DNA of 64,000 bases from an uncultured Bacteriovoracaceae bacterium (GCA_964655245.1 CAZZLQ010000003.1:1887-65886); one strand, 5' to 3'. Shown: positions 42,273 through 52,743, counted from the stretch's first letter. Made by a program: numbers and translations. Notes: generated from the letters alone by a model not told the origin.

Positions 42273-42563
42273 ATGTCTGATTTATCACCTCGGCCATTGG
42301 GAGAAGTGCTGATCCATCGAGGGCAGCTGAGAAAGCTTCAACTGGATTTTATCTTGGACCTTCAAAAGGCTTACAAATCCATTGCTCGACACTACAAACT
42401 CGGTGATCTGCTCATCAAACACCGAGTGATCTCAGAAGTCGCTCTCAAGGAAGCTCTGCTCGTTCAATCTGAACTGCCCCGTGAGGGAATCACCGCCATT
42501 CTGGCCCGCTACCAAGAAGAGGTCAGCTTTCAAACCAAATTGATCGACTCGCCTCAAAGCTAA
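42273..42563 (+). CDS. small standalone MshEN/T2SSE_N-like domain protein (candidate c-di-GMP-binding)
   Basis: 96 aa; two ~24-aa repeats 'PLGEVLIHRGQLRKLQLDFILDLQ' and 'KLGDLLIKHRVISEVALKEALLVQ' fit the [RK]LGxxL[LIV]xxGx[IL]x(4)Lx(2)ALxxQ tandem motif of the GspE/MshE N-terminal domain. Confidence 0.45.
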   Translation: MSDLSPRPLGEVLIHRGQLRKLQLDFILDLQKAYKSIARHYKLGDLLIKHRVISEVALKEALLVQSELPREGITAILARYQEEVSFQTKLIDSPQS

Positions 42564-42579
42564 GCGATCTGATCCCTCT

Positions 42580-43680
42580 CTACTTTGGCCATTTTTGACG
42601 AATGATCTGTTTACCACGCTCAACGCCCGGCTGATCAAAGGCATTGATTTCAAGAACCTTCCCTGAAAACTCAATGAGCGCTTGAAATCGAGCAATCAAG
42701 ATTCCCAAATCGGATTTAGATAAATCGGATTGTCCCAGCACCAACGGAAGTGAGGTCTCAGAATGACTCAGTCGCTCACGAAATGATTCATAGATGGAGT
42801 CACAAAAGAGACTACGCAAACGATCAAGACTATCCTTGGAGTCAGCTCTATCTTCAAAAAACCAAATCGAAAAATCCTGAGGACCATCCATCAAAAGTTG
42901 CAAAACAGAATGCTGATCCTGAGGTCCCCTCAACAGAATGGGAAACACCCCCACTCGCTCGCCTGAGGACTTCTTCTTTCCAAGACTTTCTGCAACAGCC
43001 TGCTGAAGCCATTCCGCAAAACCACGAAATCTCTCCCCGTAGGTCCACAGTACCATCTTAGTCTTACCGCGCTGAAACATCGCCTCATGCATCTGCTGCA
43101 AGATTGTCGCATCCATCTTTAAGCGATCTCTCTCAGATCGAGCTGAATTCAACATTTCCTCAAACGAAATCTCAAATCGCTCAAGCAAAGCTCGATGAAA
43201 AACAGTGAAATGAGTAAACCGCCCACCCATATTGGATGGAATCGGCAAAGTCGGCAAACCTTGATCCAAGGCAAACTGACGAAGCTGACCCGTTTGAGGA
43301 TCTGTCACAACTAAGAGATCCTGCTTTCGATAAGCCCTCAGCAACTCCTGAAGTAATGCCTGAATCTCAATGGTCTCTCCCGACTTGCTGACGACACAAA
43401 AAAGGGTCCTAGGCATTCGAAGAAGTTTATCAAGCCAAGATCGATCCAGACGGTCGAGAAAGAGAATCTTTTCGTCGAGGCTCAAGGCAGAGACAAAAAC
43501 CTTCAAAGGCAAAACGCTTCCCCCGAGTCCTACAACAACGAAGTGATCGTAGGACCGCATCAGTTTGGCAATGTCGGATGGCACGGCATCCACATGATAT
43601 TCAAACATCGGGTGCCCTGCGTCAAAACGCGCGGTCGGCTTTGATGATTCAATTCCTAAGATAGAGAGTTTCACCTCCAT
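42580..43680 (-). CDS. short glucose-6-phosphate isomerase-like SIS-domain protein
   Basis: 366 aa; 'VVVGLGGSVLP' SIS glycine loop and C-terminal 'INAFDQPGVERGKQI' resembling the PGI 'AFDQWGVELGK' motif. Confidence 0.5.
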   Translation of the reverse strand: MEVKLSILGIESSKPTARFDAGHPMFEYHVDAVPSDIAKLMRSYDHFVVVGLGGSVLPLKVFVSALSLDEKILFLDRLDRSWLDKLLRMPRTLFCVVSKSGETIEIQALLQELLRAYRKQDLLVVTDPQTGQLRQFALDQGLPTLPIPSNMGGRFTHFTVFHRALLERFEISFEEMLNSARSERDRLKMDATILQQMHEAMFQRGKTKMVLWTYGERFRGFAEWLQQAVAESLGKKKSSGERVGVFPILLRGPQDQHSVLQLLMDGPQDFSIWFFEDRADSKDSLDRLRSLFCDSIYESFRERLSHSETSLPLVLGQSDLSKSDLGILIARFQALIEFSGKVLEINAFDQPGVERGKQIIRQKWPK

Positions 43681-43735
43681 AGATTTATCGTGATTCGGCG
43701 CATCAATCTAGTTCTGAGCAAAAATTGTTTGGAAA

Positions 43736-45958
43736 GTGACCCATGGATGCCTCAGAATGTTAGAATATCGTATGCGACACATCTTCCTCGTTTTAGCCTT
43801 CAGCCTTGCTTTTGTCGCATGCCAGAAGACACCTCCCGTCCTCCAGCCCAATAGCGAAGCCGTTCAAGATGCGGCCAAAGCCATCACTCAAAAAAACTGG
43901 AATGAACTCATTAACGAAACAGCTCGTGCTGAGGACCCCCTCCTTCAACTCGCTCATGTCTATTCCCTCTTTCAGAGTAACAAGTTTCAGGAGATTCTCG
44001 ACTTCAAATACACACCGTCGGCTCTGGATTCCTACTTTCGATATCTTTCACTCTTGTCTGCCTACCAGGTCAAAAAGTTCGACTACCTGAGAACCCAGGA
44101 GATTCCTCACGATCTTCCCAAAAAACTGAAGAACAACATTATCATTGCGATTGCTGACTCCTATCTCGATGAGAACAAGCTCAAAGAGGCACGAAAAGCC
44201 TATCTCGATTATTTCAACTCCAAAGATTCTCATCGGCGAGCTCAAGTCCTCCTAAAGCTCGCGGGCGTGGAGTGGGAACTCGGCCTGAAGGAAGCCGCTC
44301 TGGAGCACTATCAGACTCTCTACGAAAACTTTCCTCTGGATGACAGTGAGGATCTTGCGCTTCTGCGTCTAGTGAGCGGAAACAAATTTCAAGAAATCGA
44401 TACCTCTAAGCACTTGCAACGCGTCCAACAACTGCGGCGATCAGCCCAATTCGAACGGGCCGGTAATTTACTCGAAACTCTCAACCGAGCACTCGACGCC
44501 AAAGACCGTGCCAAGCTTGAATTTGCTGAAGCCCAGCTTCAGTTTGCTCAAAAACAATACACTCGAGTTGAGACAAGAGCAAAAGAGGCTATCAAACAGA
44601 GTCGGGACCACACTCTCAAAACAAATTGGATTGAGCTCATGGGTTGGGCGCAACTGAGACTAGGGCGATATGAAGATGCCAAAAAGACCTATCAAGATCT
44701 GCTCAATACCAAGATCCCCTCAAGTATGAGAGAAGCAGTGCTCTTTCGACTTGGGGTAGCTGCCGTTGATTTCGAGGACTACAAAGCGGCTGTGCCCGTC
44801 TTCGAAGATCTTTTGAAAAATCACTCCCGCGGACGATTTGTGGAAAGTAGTCACTGGTTTGGTGCATGGTCTCTCTATCAACTTTCGCAATCCCAAAAGC
44901 CCCCAGCACCTGAAGGGCTTGAGAAAGCCATTCGGTATCTTGAAAAACTCCCGAGCTTATCCAGCGGAGGTCATTTCATTCCGCAAAGTCTTTATTGGAG
45001 ATACCGAGTTTATGAGGCCCTCGGGCAAAAAGACAAACAAGAGGAGATTCTTCAAGAGTTGCAGTCCAAATGGAGGCTGTCATTTTACAGCTCCCTCATT
45101 CAACCCAAGTCTTTTAATGCCGTCACACGTCGAGACGTAGAGATTAACAATGAAGTTCCTCAATACGCTCCTGAGAGCTTCGCAAGTTATCAGGAATCAC
45201 CGACTTGGCAGCGACTTGAATCTTTCCGCGCTCTTCATTTGATGGAATGGGCTCGCCTTGAGCTCGAGTTGTTTTTAAATCAAAACAGATCGCTCAGCCG
45301 TGAAGACAAAATCGTCGTTGCTCAGCGGCTTCGTGACATCGGCGATTGGCCGGACCTCATCCGCTGGACCGAGCGGAATATCGTGCCCTCACTCGAAAAG
45401 GCCGATGAGGATCAAGTTGCCCTCAAGCTTCTCTACCCCTTGGCCCATGAGAAGTATGTTTTAAGATCCGCTGAGGAAGCACGAATCTCACCCTTTATTG
45501 TTTGGGGGGTGATGCGAGAGGAAAGCCGCTTTGAAGTGGAAGTGCGATCGGGAGCTGGTGCCGAAGGCCTCATGCAATTGATGCCATCCCTTGGAAAGCG
45601 CCTTGCACAAGCCTTAGGAGAAAAATCACACCGAGGTTTCTTACTTGATGCCCGTCGAAACATTCGCCTGGGAACCTATCATCTTCGAGAGCTTTTGGAT
45701 GAAGTCCGAGAACTTCCCGTTTCTCCTGAACTGCGCATCGTACTGGCGGTTGCCGCTTACAACGCTGGCATTGATCCTGTTCGACGCTGGGTTCAAGAGC
45801 AAGACACCACCCAAGTGGATGTATTCATCGAAAATATTCCCTATACGGAGACTCGACAGTACGTGAAGCGAGTTCTTCAAACCGCAATGATCTACTCAAA
45901 GCTTTACGAGCTTCCTCAAAAAACGGTGGCTCGTACACTCAATCGAGGAGACCTATGA
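43736..45958 (+). CDS. soluble lytic murein transglycosylase (Slt70-like, superhelical TPR-like region + SLT domain)
   Basis: 740 aa; signal peptide; C-terminal SLT motifs 'EESRFEVEVRSGAGAEGLMQLMPS' and 'AYNAG'. Confidence 0.8.
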   Translation: MTHGCLRMLEYRMRHIFLVLAFSLAFVACQKTPPVLQPNSEAVQDAAKAITQKNWNELINETARAEDPLLQLAHVYSLFQSNKFQEILDFKYTPSALDSYFRYLSLLSAYQVKKFDYLRTQEIPHDLPKKLKNNIIIAIADSYLDENKLKEARKAYLDYFNSKDSHRRAQVLLKLAGVEWELGLKEAALEHYQTLYENFPLDDSEDLALLRLVSGNKFQEIDTSKHLQRVQQLRRSAQFERAGNLLETLNRALDAKDRAKLEFAEAQLQFAQKQYTRVETRAKEAIKQSRDHTLKTNWIELMGWAQLRLGRYEDAKKTYQDLLNTKIPSSMREAVLFRLGVAAVDFEDYKAAVPVFEDLLKNHSRGRFVESSHWFGAWSLYQLSQSQKPPAPEGLEKAIRYLEKLPSLSSGGHFIPQSLYWRYRVYEALGQKDKQEEILQELQSKWRLSFYSSLIQPKSFNAVTRRDVEINNEVPQYAPESFASYQESPTWQRLESFRALHLMEWARLELELFLNQNRSLSREDKIVVAQRLRDIGDWPDLIRWTERNIVPSLEKADEDQVALKLLYPLAHEKYVLRSAEEARISPFIVWGVMREESRFEVEVRSGAGAEGLMQLMPSLGKRLAQALGEKSHRGFLLDARRNIRLGTYHLRELLDEVRELPVSPELRIVLAVAAYNAGIDPVRRWVQEQDTTQVDVFIENIPYTETRQYVKRVLQTAMIYSKLYELPQKTVARTLNRGDL

Positions 45959-47373
45959 AAGACGACGACAAAACATCGACAGGCAAAACCAAAGTGATCC
46001 GATGGGAGGAGCAACCCACAAAGCTAACCCTTTCAAAGTGCAAGCTCACGGTCACTTCTGGCGATAACAAAGGAAAAGAATTTGTCTTAAGTCAGCCAGT
46101 CATTCGTGTGGGAACAAAGAAAGAAAATGAAATCGGACTCAAAGACGAAACCATGAGTCGAATTCACTTTGAAATTCTGCAAACAAAAGAAGGCTATCTA
46201 CTTCGGGATGCTGAATCTCTGAATGGAACCTTCATCAACGGGGTCCGCGTCAAAGAAGCCTTCCTCTCTTCTGGGACAACCATTCGAGCAGGAAAAACTG
46301 AAATGAAGTTTGCCCCCCTTGATGAAATATTCGAGATCGTTCCAAGTAAAAAAACTAAGTTCTCCAACCTGATTGGTGGAAGCACCGCCATGAGAAGAAT
46401 CTACTCTATCATTGAGAAGGTGGGGCCCACCGATGTCACCGCGTTGATCGAGGGGGAATCAGGAACGGGAAAAGAGCTCATTGCCAGCGCTATTCACGAA
46501 AAATCGAAGCGAAACAAAAAGCCATTTGTCGTCTTTGATTGCTCCGCCGTCGCTGAGAATCTGATCGAGAGTGAGCTATTTGGACACGAGAAAGGATCGT
46601 TCACGGGTGCCACCGGCATGCGCCACGGGGCCTTCGAATTGGCCGATGGCGGAACCATCTTTCTTGATGAGATTGGAGAGCTTACTCTGGAGCTTCAACC
46701 CAAGCTCCTTCGAGTTCTTGAGTCTCGAACGATCAAGCGAGTCGGAGGGGATCGCCCGATCAATGTGGATGTGAGAGTGGTTGCTGCGACCAATCGAAAC
46801 CTTGAAGCAGAGGTCAAAAAGGGAGCATTCAGAGAAGATCTGTTCTATCGACTCAATGTCGTTCCCATTCATCTTCCACCGCTTCGACGACGCAAAGATG
46901 ATATCGAAATGCTCGTCGATCATTTCATTGAGGAATACACCAAACAAAATCCAGACAAGAAAGTTCAAGGCGTCACGGTTCCAGCCATGGAGATCCTCAA
47001 ATCCTACGACTGGCCAGGCAATGTTCGGGAACTTCGAAACACCATGTCCCGGATCCTGAGCTTCATGGAAGGTGAAAAGATCACTCCCGATGATGTTCCC
47101 GAGAGAATCAAAGTTCCTGTCGCCAAAGCAGAATTGGATATCCGAGAAGACCTCGGGTTCAAAGATGCCAAGGAGCAGTGGATTTCAACTTTCGAGAAGC
47201 AATATCTTCAAGAGGTTCTTAAGCGTAACAACAATAACATCTCAGCCACTGCCAAAGAGGCTGGAATTGATCGAAAGTCTGTTCAACGCTTAATTAAAAA
47301 ATACGGCCTCAATACTGGCGGTCGATTCAGTGATGAAGATCTTGAGGATGAAGCATCCGCCGAAGAGACGTAA
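45955..47373 (+). CDS. sigma-54-dependent transcriptional activator with N-terminal FHA domain
   Basis: 472 aa; FHA '[14 protein letters not shown]...SRIHFEIL...GTFINGVRV'; AAA+ 'GESGTGKE', intact 'GSFTGA' (GAFTGA) loop, '[10 protein letters not shown]', arginine finger region, C-terminal HTH; ATGA overlap with the slt stop. Confidence 0.85.
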   Translation: MKDDDKTSTGKTKVIRWEEQPTKLTLSKCKLTVTSGDNKGKEFVLSQPVIRVGTKKENEIGLKDETMSRIHFEILQTKEGYLLRDAESLNGTFINGVRVKEAFLSSGTTIRAGKTEMKFAPLDEIFEIVPSKKTKFSNLIGGSTAMRRIYSIIEKVGPTDVTALIEGESGTGKELIASAIHEKSKRNKKPFVVFDCSAVAENLIESELFGHEKGSFTGATGMRHGAFELADGGTIFLDEIGELTLELQPKLLRVLESRTIKRVGGDRPINVDVRVVAATNRNLEAEVKKGAFREDLFYRLNVVPIHLPPLRRRKDDIEMLVDHFIEEYTKQNPDKKVQGVTVPAMEILKSYDWPGNVRELRNTMSRILSFMEGEKITPDDVPERIKVPVAKAELDIREDLGFKDAKEQWISTFEKQYLQEVLKRNNNNISATAKEAGIDRKSVQRLIKKYGLNTGGRFSDEDLEDEASAEET

Positions 47374-47398
47374 CAACGTGCTGGGTCTGAACCGCTAA

Positions 47399-47806
47399 TC
47401 AGTGTCCTTCACGTGCGAGATTTCGGTTCCAACCCGGAATCTCTACCACGAGATCGACACTTCCGTTGGGACATGCCTGGCAGGACAGCCGCGAATTGAC
47501 CGAATTTCCAGGAGCATTGTCTAACATATCGAGCTCATAATCCTCGGCTTCATTGCACGAGGCTCCACCCTCTTTCACAATGACATGGCAGGTCGAGCAG
47601 GCAGAAACGCCGCCGCATGCATGATCAATCTCAATACCGTGAGCCATGGCTATATCCAGCAAGCTTCCCGGAAGACCGGTCTCACCAAAAGGCAGCAAAT
47701 CAGGATCAACCTCGACGACTTTGTTCATGGGCATAAAGCGCACCTTGAACCTCTTCGAAGGCTTCTTGATCTGAGGATACTTAATATAGGGGTTGGATCC
47801 GCCCAT
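47399..47806 (-). CDS. 2Fe-2S ferredoxin (adrenodoxin/Fdx type)
   Basis: 135 aa; 'ACGGVSACSTCHV' plus downstream 'LSCQA' Cys ligands; N-terminal extension of uncertain reality. Confidence 0.65.
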   Translation of the reverse strand: MGGSNPYIKYPQIKKPSKRFKVRFMPMNKVVEVDPDLLPFGETGLPGSLLDIAMAHGIEIDHACGGVSACSTCHVIVKEGGASCNEAEDYELDMLDNAPGNSVNSRLSCQACPNGSVDLVVEIPGWNRNLAREGH

Positions 47807-47829
47807 AAACTGCTCTAAATAAATGTCTT

Positions 47830-48081
47830 ATGGAAGATGAAGTCAAAGCCGGGATCGAGAAATTTAAGGCCGAGTGCTCTCGTCAATTACCCGGCATCGC
47901 ACTCGTCATTCCGGTCCGCCCCACAGGTGCTAACTTCTTGGTTTCGCTCACTTATAATGGTCAGCGCTCCTATATCACCATCCACGAGGACGACTTTGCC
48001 GAATGGGGTGAGAACTCCGAGAGCACATCCTCTGTGTCGTCTTTTGTGCAGGAGACCCTTCGCGCTAAGAGCTTTCTTTGA
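47830..48081 (+). CDS. hypothetical small protein
   Basis: 83 aa ORF in an otherwise empty interval; no recognizable motif. Confidence 0.25.
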   Translation: MEDEVKAGIEKFKAECSRQLPGIALVIPVRPTGANFLVSLTYNGQRSYITIHEDDFAEWGENSESTSSVSSFVQETLRAKSFL

Positions 48082-48091
48082 TTCTGAGCCC

Positions 48092-50278
48092 TTAAGAAAG
48101 GCGAATGCGCTCAGCGGAGATGATTCCGTCGACTTTTTCAATGTTGATCAAAAGCGAGTGAAGCATCGGCAGACTTTTCACTGCTACTTCAAGAGAGATG
48201 ATGGCCTTCTTGTCTCGAGTCGTTGCCACGTTGGCATTGGTGATGTTCCCACCCATATTCGAAATGACCTTGGTCACTTCGGCCAAAACGCCTGGGCGGT
48301 CAACGGAAGTGATTCGAATACCCGTTCGAAACTCAGCGCTTTCTCCTGATTCCCATTCAAGATCGACCTTTCGAATCGGATCGAAGTTCAAAGCTTTTTC
48401 GCATTCGGCTGAATGAACAGAAATCCCTCGCCCTCGTGAGACAAATCCCACAATCGGCTCACCAGGAATGGGATTGCAGCACATGGCAAATCGAACGAGC
48501 ATATTGTCGATACCCTGAACTCTGACGGGAGACTTGCCTTTCTTCGCAGTAGCTGCCTTAAAGACCTTCTGCATGAAGGTTGCTCCCGGCTCTTCCTTGG
48601 TCGACTCTTCGACCGCAGCGGCAACAGCCTCGGGAGCAAGATCCTTGGCTAAGTGCCGGGCCACTTCCACGGCCAGAACCTTGCCGTAGCCAATCTTCAC
48701 CAGCAAATCTTCTTCGTTCGACGCACCAAGCTCTGAGGCCCGCTCCGAAATTTTGCCTTCTTTGACAATTCGAGAGTAATTGATCTTGAGCTTTCGAAGC
48801 TCTCGCTCAAGCAACTTCATTCCCATTTCTTTGGATCGCTCGCGCTGCTCTTTTTTGACAATACTGCGAATCTTAGAACGCGCTCTTGAGGTCACTACAA
48901 AGTCGAGCCAGTCTTTACGCGGAGTCTGGGCCTCTGAGGTGATAATCTCAACAACATCTCCACTCTTAAGCTTTTCTCGAAGAGGGACAATCTTTCCATT
49001 CACTCGGGCTCCGACGCAGCGATCTCCCACTTTGGAGTGAATCGAGTAGGCAAAATCCACAGGAGATGAACCCTTGGGAAGAGCCATCACATCTCCCTTA
49101 GGAGTAAAAACAAAGACCTCTTCTTCAAAGAGATCAATCTTTAGGTTTCGCAAAAACTCTTCGGGATCTTTGGTGTCCTCTTGATCCTCAATCAGCTTCC
49201 GAATCCACGCAAACTTCTCAATCGACTTTTTCTCAACAGCGCCGTCTTCCTTATAAGTCCAGTGAGCAGCCACCCCTTGCTCCGCGATTCGATGCATTTC
49301 CTTGGTTCGAATCTGAATTTCGATTCTCTCCCCGAGCGGACCGACAACCGTGGTGTGAAGCGACTGATAGAGGTTGGCCTTTGGCATCGCGATAAAATCT
49401 TTGAATCGACCGGGAACGGGCTTCCACATTGAGTGCACCATTCCAAGCGCCTGATAGCAGGCACGGATGTCTTCACAGACAATTCTAAATGCAATCAAAT
49501 CGTGCACCTGATCAAAAGTCAGTTGCGATTGCTCCATTTTTTTGTAGATCGAATAAAAATTCTTAGGCCTTCCTGTGACTTCGTAATCCTGAAAACCATT
49601 CTCAACTAATCGCTCTTGAAGGATCTGAATAACATCTTCGATGTATTTCTCTCGGCTTTTTCGGCTTTTCGCAATGAGCTGCACAAGTCTGAAGTAAACA
49701 TCAGGCTTCAAATATCGAAGACACAAATCCTCAAGTTCATTTTTAATCCAGTTAATCCCGAGTCGATGAGCGAGAGGAGCATAAATCTCCACCGTTTCTT
49801 CGGCCACTTCAATTTGCTTCTCAGCACTCATGAACTGAAGTGTTCGCATATTGTGCAAGCGATCGGCGAGTTTGATCAAAATCACTCGAATGTCTCGCCC
49901 CATGGCGAGAATCATTTTTCGAAAGTTTTCCGCTTGAGCGGTGTGCTTGGAATGAAATGAAAGTTTCGAAAGCTTTGTCACTCCATCGACCAAAAAAGCA
50001 ATCTCAGGACCAAAATCTTTTTCGATCTCTGGCAGAGTCACCATCGTATCTTCAACGGTGTCGTGCATAAGACCCGCCACGAGAGAGGGCAAATCCAAAT
50101 TCATTTCGAGCAAAATGCGGACAACTTCAACGGGATGAACAATATAGGGCTCGCCACTTTTGCGAAGTTGATCCCCATGAAGCTTATGCGCCAAGTCAAA
50201 AGCTTTCGCCAAAGGTTCAAGTGGAAATTGCGGGTGAGCAGCGCGGACTTCAGCCAGCAGCTCTTCTCGGAGCTTCAC
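48092..50278 (-). CDS. bifunctional (p)ppGpp synthetase/hydrolase RelA/SpoT (Rel)
   Basis: 728 aa; HD hydrolase 'HDTVEDT', synthetase domain, TGS and ACT regions; conserved gmk-rpoZ-spoT neighbourhood. Confidence 0.9.
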   Translation of the reverse strand: MKLREELLAEVRAAHPQFPLEPLAKAFDLAHKLHGDQLRKSGEPYIVHPVEVVRILLEMNLDLPSLVAGLMHDTVEDTMVTLPEIEKDFGPEIAFLVDGVTKLSKLSFHSKHTAQAENFRKMILAMGRDIRVILIKLADRLHNMRTLQFMSAEKQIEVAEETVEIYAPLAHRLGINWIKNELEDLCLRYLKPDVYFRLVQLIAKSRKSREKYIEDVIQILQERLVENGFQDYEVTGRPKNFYSIYKKMEQSQLTFDQVHDLIAFRIVCEDIRACYQALGMVHSMWKPVPGRFKDFIAMPKANLYQSLHTTVVGPLGERIEIQIRTKEMHRIAEQGVAAHWTYKEDGAVEKKSIEKFAWIRKLIEDQEDTKDPEEFLRNLKIDLFEEEVFVFTPKGDVMALPKGSSPVDFAYSIHSKVGDRCVGARVNGKIVPLREKLKSGDVVEIITSEAQTPRKDWLDFVVTSRARSKIRSIVKKEQRERSKEMGMKLLERELRKLKINYSRIVKEGKISERASELGASNEEDLLVKIGYGKVLAVEVARHLAKDLAPEAVAAAVEESTKEEPGATFMQKVFKAATAKKGKSPVRVQGIDNMLVRFAMCCNPIPGEPIVGFVSRGRGISVHSAECEKALNFDPIRKVDLEWESGESAEFRTGIRITSVDRPGVLAEVTKVISNMGGNITNANVATTRDKKAIISLEVAVKSLPMLHSLLINIEKVDGIISAERIRLS

Positions 50279-50328
50279 GGCTTATAATATCATGAAATGA
50301 TTTGAATTTTAAGAAGTCCTGGAAATGG

Positions 50329-50541
50329 CTATTCAGCCGAAGGCTTTTGAGAGGCCGGACGCACGTTTCCAGCAGCCACTTCTCGCAAAGCTACGACGTT
50401 GGTCCGATTCTGAGTGAAGGTATTGTCGACCAGAGGACGTGAGCCTTTCAAAAGCTGTCGAACGCGCTTCGCCGCAACGTGAACGAGTTCAAATCGGTTT
50501 CGAACATGCATCAGACAATCTTCAACTGTAATACGTGCCAT
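50329..50541 (-). CDS. rpoZ: DNA-directed RNA polymerase subunit omega
   Basis: 70 aa; 'ARITVEDCL...[15 protein letters not shown]' RpoZ signature; between gmk and rel. Confidence 0.8.
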   Translation of the reverse strand: MARITVEDCLMHVRNRFELVHVAAKRVRQLLKGSRPLVDNTFTQNRTNVVALREVAAGNVRPASQKPSAE

Positions 50542-50591
50542 AGCCCTCTTAACTAAGCCCTTCAGGGGGGGACTTTCAAGCGCGTTTTAGG

Positions 50592-51200
50592 TCAAAATGG
50601 CAGGGTCATTCGCTCCAGCCTGAGTCGCTCAGACGCCACAACAGCCTTAAGCTCACTATAAGCCCTATCGAAGTCCAAATTAGTAATACCGTAGTGATAC
50701 TTGCGGGATTCCTTGATTTCGGAGGCAGCCTCTTTGAGGCGCATGGCGAGATCCTCAGGTGAGTTCTTACCCCTGGCAATCAGTCGCTTTTCGAGGTCTT
50801 CGAGCGATGGGGGGTAGATATAAACAAGCACTGTATCTTGGGGAAAAATCTTGGCGATCTTAAGGGCTCCTACCGTATCAATATCCATCACAATGACTTG
50901 GCCCTTGGACAGCGATTCCAACACGGGGGTCTTGGGAGTGCCGTACCAGTTACCAAAAACTTGTGCCGTTTCGAGCAACTGACCCTTTTCCTCAAGAAGC
51001 TTGAATTCTTCAACACTGACAAACTTGTAGTCGCGCCCAGAGACTTCTCCCTCTCGCTGCTTTCGTGTGGTCACCGAAACGGATCTCATCACATCGCGAT
51101 CTTCCAGCGCGAGCTTGTCGCACAAACTGGTCTTGCCGGTCCCACTTGGAGCGGAGACTGCCAGAATAAAACCTCGAGCTAAAATCGGCTGCAAATCCAC
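50592..51200 (-). CDS. gmk: guanylate kinase
   Basis: 202 aa; P-loop 'SAPSGTGKTSL', GMP-binding residues. Confidence 0.9.
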   Translation of the reverse strand: MDLQPILARGFILAVSAPSGTGKTSLCDKLALEDRDVMRSVSVTTRKQREGEVSGRDYKFVSVEEFKLLEEKGQLLETAQVFGNWYGTPKTPVLESLSKGQVIVMDIDTVGALKIAKIFPQDTVLVYIYPPSLEDLEKRLIARGKNSPEDLAMRLKEAASEIKESRKYHYGITNLDFDRAYSELKAVVASERLRLERMTLPF

Positions 51201-51226
51201 AGTTCAATCACCCTTGTAGTCTTATT

Positions 51227-52117
51227 TTATTCCACATTTTGAATCTGTTCACGCATTCTCTCGAGACAAGATTTGAGGTCCACAATCAGCGGAAGCGCCG
51301 CAGCATCAGGGCATTTGGTCCCCAAAGTGTTCACCTCTCGATGAAGCTCCTGAAGAACGAACTCAATCTTTCGCCCCACCTCCACACCTTTCGACATTGT
51401 TTCGTCAAAGGTCTGAAGATGATGCACAATGCGATCGATTTCCTCATGAAAATCTGAGCGAGAAACCCAAAAGACAACCTCTTGCTCCAATCGGTTGGGA
51501 TCAAAATTCTGTCCCTGAAAGAGCTGCTGAATGCGATCTTTCGCCTTCTGTCTAACGATCGCGAGCATGTCCTGGTGTCTCGCACGAATCTTTTCAAAAC
51601 TCGCTTCGAAGGCTTGTCGATGAGAGAGAATAGATGATTTCAAACTCTCGCCTTCAGCCAATCGACTCTTCACCACAGCATCGAGAGCTTTCTTGAAAAC
51701 TTTTTCGAGGAAGGCCCACTCCTCTGACTGATCAATTTCAACGTCGTGCTTCTGAAGCCAATCTGGCTGAGTCAGCAAATCAGAGATACTTACAGGAGTT
51801 TCCATCTTGAGAGCTTTGCGAACTTTATCGAGCCCCTCATACAAAGCATGCGCCTGAGTTTGATTGATAAAGATATCTCGCTCGCGCCCCTCAAGCACCT
51901 CAACCGAAACACCCACATCCACGCGTCCACGCTTGAGATACTGTCGAACCAATTTGGAGAACTGAGAGTCAAAAACTACGTAAGGACGCGGGGAACGAAG
52001 ATTGATATCCAAAAATTTGGAGTTCACTGTGCGAACCTCGATGGAAACCTCGAGTTTACCGCGAGCGCACTGAACCACCTCAGAAACCAGACCAAAACCG
52101 GTCATGCTAGACAACAT
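51227..52117 (-). CDS. YicC/YloC family endoribonuclease
   Basis: 296 aa; N-terminal 'MTGFG' and C-terminal 'ELHREVNTLGTK' YicC signatures; conserved position upstream of gmk. Confidence 0.8.
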   Translation of the reverse strand: MLSSMTGFGLVSEVVQCARGKLEVSIEVRTVNSKFLDINLRSPRPYVVFDSQFSKLVRQYLKRGRVDVGVSVEVLEGRERDIFINQTQAHALYEGLDKVRKALKMETPVSISDLLTQPDWLQKHDVEIDQSEEWAFLEKVFKKALDAVVKSRLAEGESLKSSILSHRQAFEASFEKIRARHQDMLAIVRQKAKDRIQQLFQGQNFDPNRLEQEVVFWVSRSDFHEEIDRIVHHLQTFDETMSKGVEVGRKIEFVLQELHREVNTLGTKCPDAAALPLIVDLKSCLERMREQIQNVE

Positions 52118-52161
52118 TCGGGAGATTTAGCGAATCCCCTAGAATCGGTCTAGCGTCAGTT

Positions 52162-52743
52162 CTAAAAGGAATAGCGTAGATAACTACTGGCTTGGAGAAT
52201 TGCACTCTTGTGATTTTGAATGCCCGAAATCGAAGGATTGAGGCCAAAGGAAATCCCTCGAGTTCTCATGAAATACTCAGCACTCAACTCGGCAGTAAAC
52301 ATTCCATGCGTTGCCGAGGTTCGGGTGGGCTTGCTGTTGGGATTCGTGATGAACGCTCCACCTCCCAAACCTCCCCCCACAAAAAGTCGTCGAGTGATGG
52401 GATAGGCACCCTTGAGAAGTCCGCCCACCTGATACGCAAAGAATGTCGGCGTTACCCCACTCGTCACCGTGAGGTTATTCGACTCGTGTCCGGAAAATCT
52501 CAGAAATCCTTCAAAGCCCAAAGTTCTAAACACGTCGTAGCCAGCCTTCACTCCAACAACCCAGCCGTTTGAAAACTCTCGATCGAGTCCGAGCATGAAC
52601 AATCCGCCGAGTTCAAGAGCTGAATAGAGCCCCTGCTTTCTTGCACCAGAGGTAAACTGACCAACTTCCTCAGCAGCAAAAACGGATCCATTCCACGCAC
52701 TCAGAGCGAGAAGAGAAGACAAGATCAATGACTTGAAATTCAT
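52162..52743 (-). CDS. outer-membrane beta-barrel protein (OmpW/OmpA-like small porin family)
   Basis: 193 aa; signal peptide 'MNFKSLILSSLLALSAWNGSVFA'; alternating amphipathic beta-strands; C-terminal 'LRYSF' with terminal Phe. Confidence 0.5.
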   Translation of the reverse strand: MNFKSLILSSLLALSAWNGSVFAAEEVGQFTSGARKQGLYSALELGGLFMLGLDREFSNGWVVGVKAGYDVFRTLGFEGFLRFSGHESNNLTVTSGVTPTFFAYQVGGLLKGAYPITRRLFVGGGLGGGAFITNPNSKPTRTSATHGMFTAELSAEYFMRTRGISFGLNPSISGIQNHKSAILQASSYLRYSF

